The position numbers and the translations under genes were made by a program. A stretch of DNA of 32,000 bases from Synechocystis sp. PCC 6803 substr. PCC-P (GTDB taxonomy: Bacteria; Cyanobacteriota; Cyanobacteriia; Cyanobacteriales; Microcystaceae): contig NC_017039.1 in NCBI RefSeq assembly GCF_000284455.1, positions 3,270,001 to 3,302,000 on the forward strand, given 5' to 3'. The notes beneath the pieces were generated by a model. It was not told the origin of the DNA and did no database searches. It was given only the letters and a program-made list of their open reading frames with translations. Within the stretch, counting starts at the first letter, position 1; each line of letters begins with the position of its first letter. Below, in pieces: positions 9,781 to 18,612 of this stretch.

Positions 9781-10134
9781 ATGCCTAATCCAGCCATAGG
9801 CCTCGCCCAACAATTTGGGGACTACCTCGCCCAGGGTGATTATGCTAAGGCCCACGGGCTACTGTGCTCTGCACTCCAACGCCAGTATTCACCCTCCACT
9901 CTGCGGGCCGATGTGGAAACCATGATTTACTATGGTTCTGGCCCCATCCAGAGGGCGATCGCCATGGCAGACTGCCTCCTCACCGACTGGCAATATCCCC
10001 CCATGGAAGCTAATGATCTAGCCTGGGTCTATGTTTCCCTGGAAGGGGAAGATTTTCTCGAAGCGGTGTCGGTTATCGTTCAGCAAGAGGGGAAAAAACT
10101 GGCAATTCGCTGGCTAGAATGGGGCCGACCCTGA
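9781..10134 (+). CDS. Hypothetical protein (117 aa)
   Basis: ORF with an ATG start 21 nt after the murB stop. Codon usage resembles its neighbours. No motif recognised. Confidence 0.5.
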   Translation: MPNPAIGLAQQFGDYLAQGDYAKAHGLLCSALQRQYSPSTLRADVETMIYYGSGPIQRAIAMADCLLTDWQYPPMEANDLAWVYVSLEGEDFLEAVSVIVQQEGKKLAIRWLEWGRP

Positions 10135-10268
10135 CTTTTTTCCTGGCTGATCTCGACAGAGGGTTTTGCTGGGGTAGATTTTTGTTATGGAAAACCGTCC
10201 CCCCTAAAATCCCTAGGTCTTGAAAGAGGGAGATTTATGGGGTCATCGTTGCTTAAAACCAATCAAAC

Positions 10269-10739
10269 CTAGCTCATTTGAGATTGCAAATAATTTTGGA
10301 GACCAATTTTTTCAATCAGCCCCAACTGTTTTTCTAACCAATAGGCATGGTCTTCTTCCGTATCGGCTAGGATTTTCAGCAATAGGTCCCGGCTTTGATA
10401 GTCTTGCTCCTGTTCACACACGGCCATTGCTTCCTTCAGGTTGGCAATGACTTCATACTCATAGTCCAGGTCGTATTGCAACATTTCCGGCACGGTTTTC
10501 CCCACCCGAATTGGGTCCTGTTGGGAAAGGTCGGGGGTCTCTTCCAGAAACAGGATGCGCTCAATCAACAGGCTGGCATGGGCCGTTTCGTCCTGCATTT
10601 CATGGTCGATCCGACTATAAAGCTTTTCCAGACCCCAATCTTGATACATACGGGAATGGATAAAATATTGATCCCTAGCAGCTAGCTCCCCACGCAGTAG
10701 CTTATGGAGTTGGGCGAGGACGGCGGGTTTACCTTTCAT
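10269..10739 (-). CDS. bfrA: Bacterioferritin (ferroxidase-centre type, no heme-ligand Met52)
   Basis: 156 aa, and it aligns without gaps to the N-terminus of E. coli Bfr as I remember it. E18, Y25, E51 and H54 are conserved, but position 52 is Thr instead of the heme-ligating Met. Confidence 0.9.
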   Translation of the reverse strand: MKGKPAVLAQLHKLLRGELAARDQYFIHSRMYQDWGLEKLYSRIDHEMQDETAHASLLIERILFLEETPDLSQQDPIRVGKTVPEMLQYDLDYEYEVIANLKEAMAVCEQEQDYQSRDLLLKILADTEEDHAYWLEKQLGLIEKIGLQNYLQSQMS

Positions 10740-10833
10740 AAAAAATACCTTGCAAAAATGGACAGCGGACAGAACAACCTAGGCACAAATCTACCTAGAC
10801 AATAGACAGGGCTGATCTAATTTTAGCCTCCCG

Positions 10834-10858
10834 ACTGCCCCAGGGATCGCTGGGCAGT
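10834..10858 (-). other. Stable hairpin between two minus-strand genes (possible terminator or processing site)
   Basis: ACTGCCC(C)AG-GGATCG-CTGGGCAGT forms 9 bp with one bulged C. No U-tract follows it on either strand. Confidence 0.3.
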
Positions 10859-10930
10859 AGAACAGAACTTGTTAGTAACTTTCCTGTAACTTTGAAACTA
10901 GATGATTGGGGGACTTTTCCTAATTCTTAT

Positions 10931-11233
10931 CTACAGTCGGCTACGGAGAGTGAATTCATAATCCCCACCGGGTTCCAATTGATAATCACTGCGTTCCAAA
11001 AAACGTCCCAGGGGTTCAAAAATAAGCGATCGCCCGAGGGATGGTTGCACTCGTAATTTCCCCCCCCGAAAATTCCAGTGAAATTGCCACTCATAGTCCC
11101 CAGCCCGCACTTCCCCCGCCAGAAAACCTCCAGGCCAAGAATGGGTAGTCACTCTCAGGTGGGCTTTGGTTTGAGGCATAGGACGTACTGATGGACGAAG
11201 AATAGATATAGTTAAAACTGGTGGTCTATCCAC
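10931..11233 (-). CDS. Hypothetical protein (100 aa; may start at the internal Met, 82 aa)
   Basis: ORF only, transcribed divergently from recR. No motif recognised. Confidence 0.4.
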   Translation of the reverse strand: MDRPPVLTISILRPSVRPMPQTKAHLRVTTHSWPGGFLAGEVRAGDYEWQFHWNFRGGKLRVQPSLGRSLIFEPLGRFLERSDYQLEPGGDYEFTLRSRL

Positions 11234-11293
11234 GGTGAATGAAGACTACCCCAGAAAGGTTTGCCGATAATTGGCGATAGCGTAGCACAATAT

Positions 11294-11992
11294 ATGGGGA
11301 AGGTGGCTGTCAATTCCCCTGCCCACAGGCCCTTGGTTTCCACGGCTGTTTACTTGGCCCCATCAGTAAAATTTCCCCTACAAAAGAGAGGTCTTGGCAC
11401 TATTTATACTCCTCCCCTAGCCCGTCTCATTGAACAATTGCAACGGCTCCCCAGTGTGGGGCCAAAAACTGCCCAACGTCTTGCCCTGCATCTGCTTAAA
11501 CGTCCTGATGCGGAGGTGGAGAATTTGGCCCAAGCCCTCCTCGACGCAAAAAAACGGGTGGGGCAATGCCAAGTATGCTTCCATTTATCCGCTGAGCCTG
11601 TCTGTGATATTTGCCGCCATCCCCAACGGGATAACAGTGTTATCTGTGTGGTCAGTGACCCCAGGGATGTGATTGCGCTGGAAAAAACTAGGGAATTCCG
11701 GGGTAAGTACCATGTGTTGGGCGGGGTAATTTCCCCCATGGACGGCATCGGCCCGGAGCAATTGACCATTCAACCCCTATTACATCGGGTTAGTCAGCCA
11801 GAAATCAAAGAAGTAATTTTGGCTATTAGTCCTAGTGTGGAGGGGGAAACCACCACGTTATATTTGGGCAAACTCCTGCAACCTTTTACCAAGGTTACCC
11901 GCATTGCCTTTGGTTTGCCCATGGGAGGGGATTTGGAATATGCCGATGAAGTTACCCTGGCTAGGGCCTTGGAGGGACGGCGAGAATTGTAA
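11294..11992 (+). CDS. recR: Recombination protein RecR
   Basis: Three RecR features are present: the helix-hairpin-helix [17 protein letters not shown], the C4 zinc finger [18 protein letters not shown], and a Toprim region ([16 protein letters not shown]...GEATT-like EGETTTLY). The ORF opens at TTG 11261 and the first ATG is 11294. The conserved core begins around residue 50, so the true start is uncertain. Confidence 0.88.
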   Translation: MGKVAVNSPAHRPLVSTAVYLAPSVKFPLQKRGLGTIYTPPLARLIEQLQRLPSVGPKTAQRLALHLLKRPDAEVENLAQALLDAKKRVGQCQVCFHLSAEPVCDICRHPQRDNSVICVVSDPRDVIALEKTREFRGKYHVLGGVISPMDGIGPEQLTIQPLLHRVSQPEIKEVILAISPSVEGETTTLYLGKLLQPFTKVTRIAFGLPMGGDLEYADEVTLARALEGRREL

Positions 11993-12059
11993 AGTTTGGA
12001 CGGCGATCGCCAAAAAAAGCGCTGCGAACACAACGCTTAGGAAGATATAGACACTAAGT

Positions 12060-12079
12060 CCGGCCGTTAAACAGGCCGG
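12060..12079. other. GC hairpin between convergent recR and the 12110-12673 gene
   Basis: CCGGCC-gttaaaca-GGCCGG is a perfect 6-bp stem sitting between two convergent stop codons. It has no clear U-tract. Confidence 0.3.
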
Positions 12080-12109
12080 TAGATTAAGTTCATTACGTAA
12101 CCTGACAGC

Positions 12110-12673
12110 TTACCAAAGACCACGGATGGGCATGGGGGCGGGGGCCGGAGCAGGAGCCACGGGGGCAGGGGCAGACCGAGTTACGGGGGGCAAGGACACG
12201 GGCTCAGAGGATTGGAAGTTAATTTCAGAAATGGTAACGTCTTGAACTTCTTTGAGATCCAAACGGGTCAACCAAGTGGGGTGGGCCGCAGAATAGAAGT
12301 CAGTGCGGATATAGTTACCATTGTCATCAAAGACGGGCTGGAGCAAAACATCATCACCGGGTTCAGCGGCACCGGCACCATCCCAGTGGTAGATGCGGCT
12401 ATTGTCGCTTACCTCAATGTAACCGGGGAAATCACCGTAGGGTAACAGTTCAACCTGGATGATACTGCCAACCTTGCCCCGTACCCGACCGATCGCCAGA
12501 CCGTCGAAGCTCATTTGCTCAGGGTCGGGAAGATACATGTCATGGCCAGGAAGCTGGCTCAATAAAATGTTACCCTTAGTTTGAAAAGGCTCAGCCTGGG
12601 CGGGGGTTGTAAAACCTAAGGCCGCAGCAGCAAGCACAACTCCAGAGAGGATCTGAACAGATTTGTTTAACAC
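12110..12673 (-). CDS. Secreted hypothetical protein with Pro/Ala-rich C-terminus
   Basis: 187 aa. It has a signal peptide MLNKSVQILSGVVLAAAALGFTTPAQA|EP and a C-terminal APAPVAPAPAPAPMP low-complexity tail. Confidence 0.6.
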   Translation of the reverse strand: MLNKSVQILSGVVLAAAALGFTTPAQAEPFQTKGNILLSQLPGHDMYLPDPEQMSFDGLAIGRVRGKVGSIIQVELLPYGDFPGYIEVSDNSRIYHWDGAGAAEPGDDVLLQPVFDDNGNYIRTDFYSAAHPTWLTRLDLKEVQDVTISEINFQSSEPVSLPPVTRSAPAPVAPAPAPAPMPIRGLW

Positions 12674-12835
12674 GATAACCTCGCTTGTGAATCACGAAAA
12701 TCAATTTTTAGCTGGGGCCAAAGTCTGGACCCCGACGCTAAAAGTATAATATAGTTCCTCGGAGACAGGGAAGATTTGTGCCCATCCCTTAAAACTTTTT
12801 TACCTACTGCGGAGCTGGCTAATCCACTAGCCCTG

Positions 12836-12859
12836 GCCCTGGGGACTAACATCCAGGGC
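12836..12859 (-). other. Hairpin just downstream of argZ stop (possible terminator)
   Basis: GCCCTGG-N10-CCAGGGC is a perfect 7-bp stem 19 nt after the argZ stop. No adjacent U-tract. Confidence 0.3.
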
Positions 12860-12877
12860 GAGGAATTGTTATGACAA

Positions 12878-14995
12878 TTAAAGTGTTTCCGCCAAGCTAT
12901 AGGGTCTGGTGAGTTGTTGCAGTTGTCGTACCAGAAGACTGAGGAATAACCCCACATCGGTGACCACCCCCACGGATTCCACTGAACCACGATCGCTCAG
13001 TTTGGTAACCACAGCGGGGTTAATGTCCACACAGACCATTTTTACGCCGGAAGGAGTCATATTGCCGACGCCAATGGAGTGCAACATGCTGGACAGCATC
13101 AGAATCATATCTGCTCCCTGAATTAACTCACTGTAACGGCTCTGAGCCCGAACTAGGTTCATTTCCGTGTCGGGCAGGGGGCCGTCATCCCGGATGGAAC
13201 CAGCTAGGCAATAGGGGATGTTATTTTTTACGCATTCGTACATAACCCCTTTGCTGATAAATCCAGCTTCCACCGCCTGGCGGATCCCACCGTAGCGCCG
13301 CACACTGTTAATAATTTTCAGATGGTGACGGTGCCCCCCCCGCACTGGGATGCCCCGTTGCATATCTACCCCCAGGGAAGTACCCATGGTGGCCTGTTCA
13401 ATGTCATGGACGGCGATCGCATTGCCCCCCAGTAGGGCATGGACATAGCCCTCCCGCACCAGATGGGAAAGGTGTTGGGCTCCTCCAGTATGGATCACCA
13501 CAGGTCCTGCGGTAACAACAATTTTGCCTCCCTGGTCCCGGATTTGTCGCATTTCCCAGGCAATTTGTTCCACCAAAAGTTCTACCCGACGCTCGCTGGA
13601 AACCCCCGCTGCCATGAAGGCAAATTCCTTATTTTCTTTGCGGGTTCCGCCTTCATGGGATTCCACTTTTTTGATGGTACGAATACCTTCGACTCCCACC
13701 ATGACTCGATCGCCGACCTGGAGATCCCGGAGGAGCACACAGCGGGCCGAAGGGGGATTGCTGGTGACCACAATGGCCGCATCCATCCGTTGTCCTGTCA
13801 CCTGGACCCATTCGCAATTAACCCGCACCTCTGTGGGGTAAATGGTGCTGACATAGAAATCATCGGGAGCTACCCCCCCTTGGGTCACCGTTTCGGTGTT
13901 GATATCACAGAGTTCCTGGGGAGGGGGCACTGCGCCGAGATCAATCAGCTCGGTCATGATCTCTTCCATAATTTGGTGGGAGGGGGCCGAAACCCTTACC
14001 TCTGCGCTGGAAGTACTGTTGCGCTCCACCCCTAAATTGAAGTTCAGCACCCGGAAACTACCGCTGTTTTCCACCACCAAATCCAGGGCTTGGTTCAGAA
14101 TACCGGCATCGAGTAGATGACCCTCCATGCGAATCACCCGACTTTCAATGGAAACGGTGGCATGGACATCTGGCAAAATGGGCTCCGTTACCCGCAGGGT
14201 TAGACATTTGGCCGCTCCCCCCGCTTTCAAAAATTCCGTCAGGGGAGTTTCCCGCACCTTAAAGCCCGCCTCAGCTAATTTTTCCTTCAGGGTTCGACTC
14301 ACCAAATTCATAATGATGATGTCGTTAACATTGACCGCATTGCAGGCAAAATTAACCGCATCCAGTTCCTCGACAATAATCCTTTTTTCCGGCGGAATCC
14401 GCATTTCAATTACCCGGTTGGAATAGGCGTCAAACGCAGGGGGATAGTAGAGTAAATAGCCACCACTCAGGGGGCAAAAACAGGTATCGAGGTGATAGAA
14501 GCGCTCATCAATTAACCGCAGGGAGACTACTTCTGTATCTAGCCATTTGGCAATGTAGGGATGGGAATCTAGTTCGGAACGGAAACCATAGCCGGCCCAC
14601 AACCAACGGCCTTCCCGGTCAAACAGGGCATCCCCGGCCCCTTCAAAGGGTAAATCCTGGGGCAGTTCGTAAACGGTGAAACCATTTTCCTCAAACCAAG
14701 CTTTGAAATAGGGTTCTTCCCCCTGGCGTTCTTTGTGGTAGAAGCGACTCAGTACGACATTTTCCCCTAGCACCAGCCCCGCATTGGCGGTAAAGACCAT
14801 ATCAGGCCAACCCTTTGCCGGCTTCACCAAGTCCACGATGGCGCATTCTTTGATGGTCTGGTGTAGTTTTTTCCATTGCTCTACGGCCCGCTCCTGGGAG
14901 GATTTGTGGATATTGCCCTCCATCCAAGGATTAATTACATAGTCCACGTCGTAGTGGTCGGGGGGGCACATCAAAATGCGAATATCGTCAGCCAT
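12878..14995 (-). CDS. argZ: Arginine dihydrolase: N-terminal guanidino-group-modifying (amidinotransferase-like) domain fused to a C-terminal LOR/SDH-like (ornithine cyclodeaminase-like) domain
   Basis: The ORF is open to 15028, but the Met at 14995 (MADDIRILMCPPDHYDV) gives 705 aa. The N-domain ends with the catalytic-Cys context GGAAKCLTLRV, typical of the GME superfamily. The C-terminal ~400 aa is a separate domain. From memory this matches Synechocystis sll1336 (ArgZ) and Anabaena AgrE. Confidence 0.88.
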   Translation of the reverse strand: MADDIRILMCPPDHYDVDYVINPWMEGNIHKSSQERAVEQWKKLHQTIKECAIVDLVKPAKGWPDMVFTANAGLVLGENVVLSRFYHKERQGEEPYFKAWFEENGFTVYELPQDLPFEGAGDALFDREGRWLWAGYGFRSELDSHPYIAKWLDTEVVSLRLIDERFYHLDTCFCPLSGGYLLYYPPAFDAYSNRVIEMRIPPEKRIIVEELDAVNFACNAVNVNDIIIMNLVSRTLKEKLAEAGFKVRETPLTEFLKAGGAAKCLTLRVTEPILPDVHATVSIESRVIRMEGHLLDAGILNQALDLVVENSGSFRVLNFNLGVERNSTSSAEVRVSAPSHQIMEEIMTELIDLGAVPPPQELCDINTETVTQGGVAPDDFYVSTIYPTEVRVNCEWVQVTGQRMDAAIVVTSNPPSARCVLLRDLQVGDRVMVGVEGIRTIKKVESHEGGTRKENKEFAFMAAGVSSERRVELLVEQIAWEMRQIRDQGGKIVVTAGPVVIHTGGAQHLSHLVREGYVHALLGGNAIAVHDIEQATMGTSLGVDMQRGIPVRGGHRHHLKIINSVRRYGGIRQAVEAGFISKGVMYECVKNNIPYCLAGSIRDDGPLPDTEMNLVRAQSRYSELIQGADMILMLSSMLHSIGVGNMTPSGVKMVCVDINPAVVTKLSDRGSVESVGVVTDVGLFLSLLVRQLQQLTRPYSLAETL

Positions 14996-15180
14996 GGTTG
15001 AAGAAGAAGTAAAAAAGTTGGTTTGCAAGTATATCTAGAGACAAATCCTGGTCGGGATAGGGTAGTCAAGTAGCTTTCCAGGCAGGCGTAATCCAACCTT
15101 CCAGTCTATCACGGTATCCCTGTTGAAACTTTGTCCCTGGGCCCATACCATGGGGACAATGTTTTTTGTTGGGAGCCCCC

Positions 15181-17091
15181 ATGGCGATCGCCAATTCCCG
15201 TTTTCGTCCCTGGCAGGTGGGTATTTTAATTTTGCCCATTGCCGGGGTAATAAGCTTTTTGCTGGTGGCGGCCAGTTGGCAAATTAATGCTTGGCATTTG
15301 AACTGGATTTGGGCAGTGGTGGTGCTAATTTTCCTGGGCTGGCGTTGGTTGCTAGTGCGGTGGACCGCTCCCTTAGCGGCTCCCAATGGACAAACATCTT
15401 TCCCTACCATTTCCCTGGGAGAGTCCACGGCGGACGTTAACGTTGGGAAAATTGAGCAGGCGTTAAACGAGATTCTCCAGGCTTCCCGTCAAGATGTGCC
15501 AGCGTGGCAGGATTGGCCCCTATTTTGGCAGAGATGTCAGCAGGTGGTGACGTTAGTGGCCCAGACCTATTACCCAGAAGTGAAATATCCCCTACTCAAC
15601 ATCTACGTACCGGATGCCTATGGTTTAATCCGGGGCACAGTGGATGATATGGACCGCTGGGTTGCCAACCTTTCCCCCACCCTCAACCAAGTTTCACTAG
15701 CTCGGGTGTATCAATCCTACGAAGTTTATCAAAAGCTGGAACCATCCCTAAGGAAAATTTGGCAGGTGTGGTATTGGGGGCAATGGCTGCTCAATCCGGT
15801 GGCGGCGGCGGCTCGGTTAGCTAGTCAGCAAAGTAATCAGCAAGCGACTCAGCAATTGTTGGTTAATTTGAGTCAACAGTTACGGGAAGCAACCCTGCGT
15901 ACCCTCTGTCGCCAGGCGATCGCCTTGTACAATCCGGCCAGCGGTAATTTGCCGGACAATTTTGCTAGCGGGGGAAACTCCATCCCAGGGCTAGTTAAGG
16001 CTAAAAGCCAGACTTTGCAGAATATTTTGGCCCAGGGGCAATCCCCCCAGGAAGTGGAGCAACAGCCGGTCAATGTTTTATTGGTAGGGCGCACTGGGGC
16101 GGGGAAAAGTAGCTTGATTAATGCCCTTTTTCAAACCAATTTGGCGGTGACGGATTTACTGCCCAGCACCACGGAAATTACCAAGTATGAATGGCGCACC
16201 AGGGATGGAGAAATGCTCATGCTTTGGGACAGTCCTGGTTATGAGCAGGGGCAACGGAAGGATTTGCGGCAACTGGTGTTGGACTATGCCCAACGGGCCG
16301 ACGTAATTTTATTGCTCAATCCCGCTTTAGATCCGGCTTTGCAGATGGATGCGGACTTTGTGCGGGATCTCCAAACCCTGGGGGGCGATCGCCCTTTAAT
16401 TCTTTTGGTAACCCAGGTGGACCGACTGCGCCCTGTGCGACAATGGCAACCCCCCTACAATTGGCGATCGGGGGAACAAGCCAAGGAAAAATCCATCCGG
16501 GAAGCGGTGCAGTATCGGGTAGAGCAATTAGGGCAGTATTGTGAACAAGTTTTGCCCGTTGTGAGTGGGGATGAAGCGGTGGGGCGATCGCCTTGGGGCC
16601 TAGAAGAACTTTCCGTCGCCCTAGTAACTGTGGTTAGCCCGGCCCAACAACAAAGGCTAGCCCGCTTTTTACGCAATCTGGAGGCCCGTTCCCTGGCCGC
16701 GGCCCAAATCATTGACCGTTATGCTCTGCAAATGACCACTACCCAAGGGGTGACGGCCTTGTTAAAAAGTCCGGTGTTGCAATTTGTTTCTAGCTTGACC
16801 ACCGGTTCTCCGGCCCTAGCCTATCTACTAGCGGAGCAAATTCCCATTGAGCAATTGCCCCTAGTGTTGGGGAAGCTCCAATTGGCCTATGACCTATTTA
16901 ATTTATTGGCGGCGGATAACGACGATACCAGTTTTGATCTACTCACTCTCTGGCCCCTATTGCTGGACAATCCAGTGTCCCCCGATCGCAATGCCTGGGC
17001 CTTTGGCCATGCCCTGTTGGAATATTGGACGCAAAATTTGACGGTGGAGCAGTTGGGAGTCAGATTTCGCCATTATTGTGAGCTAAGCTGA
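15181..17091 (+). CDS. Membrane-anchored P-loop GTPase of unknown function
   Basis: The track ORF starts at TTG 15166; I prefer the ATG at 15181. Two N-terminal hydrophobic helices are present (ILILPIAGVISFLLVAA and WIWAVVVLIFLGWRWLLV). The GTPase motifs are G1 GRTGAGKSS, G3 WDSPG and G4-like TQVD. Confidence 0.75.
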   Translation: MAIANSRFRPWQVGILILPIAGVISFLLVAASWQINAWHLNWIWAVVVLIFLGWRWLLVRWTAPLAAPNGQTSFPTISLGESTADVNVGKIEQALNEILQASRQDVPAWQDWPLFWQRCQQVVTLVAQTYYPEVKYPLLNIYVPDAYGLIRGTVDDMDRWVANLSPTLNQVSLARVYQSYEVYQKLEPSLRKIWQVWYWGQWLLNPVAAAARLASQQSNQQATQQLLVNLSQQLREATLRTLCRQAIALYNPASGNLPDNFASGGNSIPGLVKAKSQTLQNILAQGQSPQEVEQQPVNVLLVGRTGAGKSSLINALFQTNLAVTDLLPSTTEITKYEWRTRDGEMLMLWDSPGYEQGQRKDLRQLVLDYAQRADVILLLNPALDPALQMDADFVRDLQTLGGDRPLILLVTQVDRLRPVRQWQPPYNWRSGEQAKEKSIREAVQYRVEQLGQYCEQVLPVVSGDEAVGRSPWGLEELSVALVTVVSPAQQQRLARFLRNLEARSLAAAQIIDRYALQMTTTQGVTALLKSPVLQFVSSLTTGSPALAYLLAEQIPIEQLPLVLGKLQLAYDLFNLLAADNDDTSFDLLTLWPLLLDNPVSPDRNAWAFGHALLEYWTQNLTVEQLGVRFRHYCELS

Positions 17092-18612
17092 TTGGTTGAT
17101 TAACGGTGAAAGATTAGGCTGACTATGGTTGATATTGGCTTGGGGCGACATTTTAGGCCATTGCACCCAGTAACGGTAACCCCGCTGGGCACTGCCCTGT
17201 AGCGCAATCTGCCCCTGATGACTTTTGATGAAATAAAAACTGAGGGTTAAAGCCAAAATTTGTCGGCAATGGTGACCCTGACTTTCTTGGTTATGGCCCT
17301 GAAGTTTCAGAGCTAAGTACTCCAAGGTCAACTGGATATTTACTTCTGCTTGGTTGGCTTCCCCTTCTGTGAGTAAATCCTGTAGGAGCACATGGGGCAA
17401 ACCCTGGCCCTGGGGAGAATCAACCCAAACAGTTAAGTGCAAATAGTCTTGGTCAGCGGAGGTGTGAATGTGTAACGTGCCATCTGTTACCCCCTCATCC
17501 AACAAACTAAGCAATAGGTAATATATTCCCTGTCTGGCCTTAACTTTGTCTAGGGGCCAATATTTCAGCCCCGATTCTAGGGAAAGTTTGAGGGCAAGCC
17601 GTTGTTGACCGAGTACTGCGGCCATTTTATCCTGCCAATACTCCCCCAGTAGGGCCAAATTGACATTGACAATTTGTAAGCCCTGGCGAACGGGTTTAAT
17701 CTGCTCCAGTTCAATAATTTCCTCAATGGCTTGGTTAACCCGTTGGCCACTCTGGTGAATAATTTCTAGATACTGTTTTTGTTTGTCATTCAGCTTGCCA
17801 AAAACCTCATCCCTTAAAACACTGGCCATACCGATCACGGCTGTGAGGTCCCGCTGGGTACGGATTAGGTAATGGGGCACCAATTGCAGTTTGACTGCCT
17901 CTGGAGAATGGGCCGATCGCCCTGATGTCTGTGGTTTATTCAAGTTGTTACCGTTGGCAGAAAAAGCACTATTCTCCCCCCCGGCGATCGAACTTAACCG
18001 GACATTAACATTATTGAAATTGCGGTCAGGTTGCCCCTGGTTAGCGGCGAGACAAGCTTGGTGTTCAATTTCCCCCATGCACCAACGGGCAGTCATATTC
18101 ATTAGGGCCACATCTGGCTCCCTAAAATCATGGGGAGAAAAGTCTAGGGCCGCCAAGGTTCCGAGACACACACCATCCCTGGTTAGCAGGGGAGTGCCCA
18201 GGTAAGACCTAATACCATAACGCTGGTACAATTCCCCCTCAGCAAAAAATGGTTCCGCCAGAGCATCGGTAATCATTAGTGGCATGGCACTATCCACCAC
18301 CAGGGTACAGTAAGCATCGTTGCGACTGATCTGCCGGGAAACCAAATTAGGGTTACCCACACCCAATCTATAGATACCTACTGCAGATACAATATTTATT
18401 TCATCTTCCACCATCAAACCCACTAAACAAATAGGTAGTCCCAGATTCCTAGCTAAGGTTTGGGTAGCCTCCTCGAAGAAAGTGCTGTTTCTATTGGTTA
18501 ACAAACCTAATTCCAACAGTTTATTTTGCCTCTGTGCATCTTTTTCTCGCTTCGATAAGCCGTCAAGGGCACAACTCAAGCCGAAACTGTAACCATGTTG
18601 ATTGACAAACAT
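17083..18612 (-). CDS. GAF-domain signalling protein with a histidine-kinase-like (apparently degenerate) C-terminal half
   Basis: 509 aa. The N-terminal ~190 aa are GAF-like. The central DLTAVIGMASVLRDEVFGKLNDKQKQYLEIIHQSGQRVNQAIEEIIELEQI resembles a HisKA dimerisation helix. The canonical H-E-L-R-T-P His is not in register, and I cannot see N/G1/G2 ATP-lid motifs. From memory this may be sll1334. Confidence 0.7.
   Translation of the reverse strand: MFVNQHGYSFGLSCALDGLSKREKDAQRQNKLLELGLLTNRNSTFFEEATQTLARNLGLPICLVGLMVEDEINIVSAVGIYRLGVGNPNLVSRQISRNDAYCTLVVDSAMPLMITDALAEPFFAEGELYQRYGIRSYLGTPLLTRDGVCLGTLAALDFSPHDFREPDVALMNMTARWCMGEIEHQACLAANQGQPDRNFNNVNVRLSSIAGGENSAFSANGNNLNKPQTSGRSAHSPEAVKLQLVPHYLIRTQRDLTAVIGMASVLRDEVFGKLNDKQKQYLEIIHQSGQRVNQAIEEIIELEQIKPVRQGLQIVNVNLALLGEYWQDKMAAVLGQQRLALKLSLESGLKYWPLDKVKARQGIYYLLLSLLDEGVTDGTLHIHTSADQDYLHLTVWVDSPQGQGLPHVLLQDLLTEGEANQAEVNIQLTLEYLALKLQGHNQESQGHHCRQILALTLSFYFIKSHQGQIALQGSAQRGYRYWVQWPKMSPQANINHSQPNLSPLINQSA

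Noticed and set aside
10875-10893. A direct repeat, GTAACTTT-N3-GTAACTTT (11-nt periodicity), about 140 nt upstream of bfrA. It could be a response-regulator or Fur-type binding site.
   Set aside because: An 8-mer repeated at around one helical turn is expected about once by chance in 32 kb, especially in AT-rich spacers. It does not resemble a Fur box. I kept it only as a note.
12003-12020. The HIP1-centred palindrome GGCGATCGCC followed by A7 after recR, considered as a terminator.
   Set aside because: For the plus-strand recR transcript the run is A rather than U. For the minus strand the U-run precedes the stem. This is more likely just a HIP1 copy. The CCGGCC/GGCCGG hairpin at 12060-12079 is the better, though still weak, candidate.
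13334-13341. Homopolymeric G/C tracts of 7-8 nt: C8 in argZ at 13334-13341, G7 near 14961, C8 near 11060, C8 near 18700 (intergenic), G7 near 7065 and G7 near 23155. These could in principle be slip-strand phase-variation sites.
   Set aside because: All coding-region tracts are in frame in intact ORFs. The tracts are short relative to known contingency loci, and phase variation of this kind is not something I know of in this lineage. Population sequencing would be needed.
15029-15042. GTATATCTAGAGAC upstream of argZ, which resembles an NtcA box.
   Set aside because: The second half-site is GAC rather than TAC. It lies only about 35 nt from the preferred ATG (14995), too close for a -41.5 activator site followed by a -10 box and 5' UTR.
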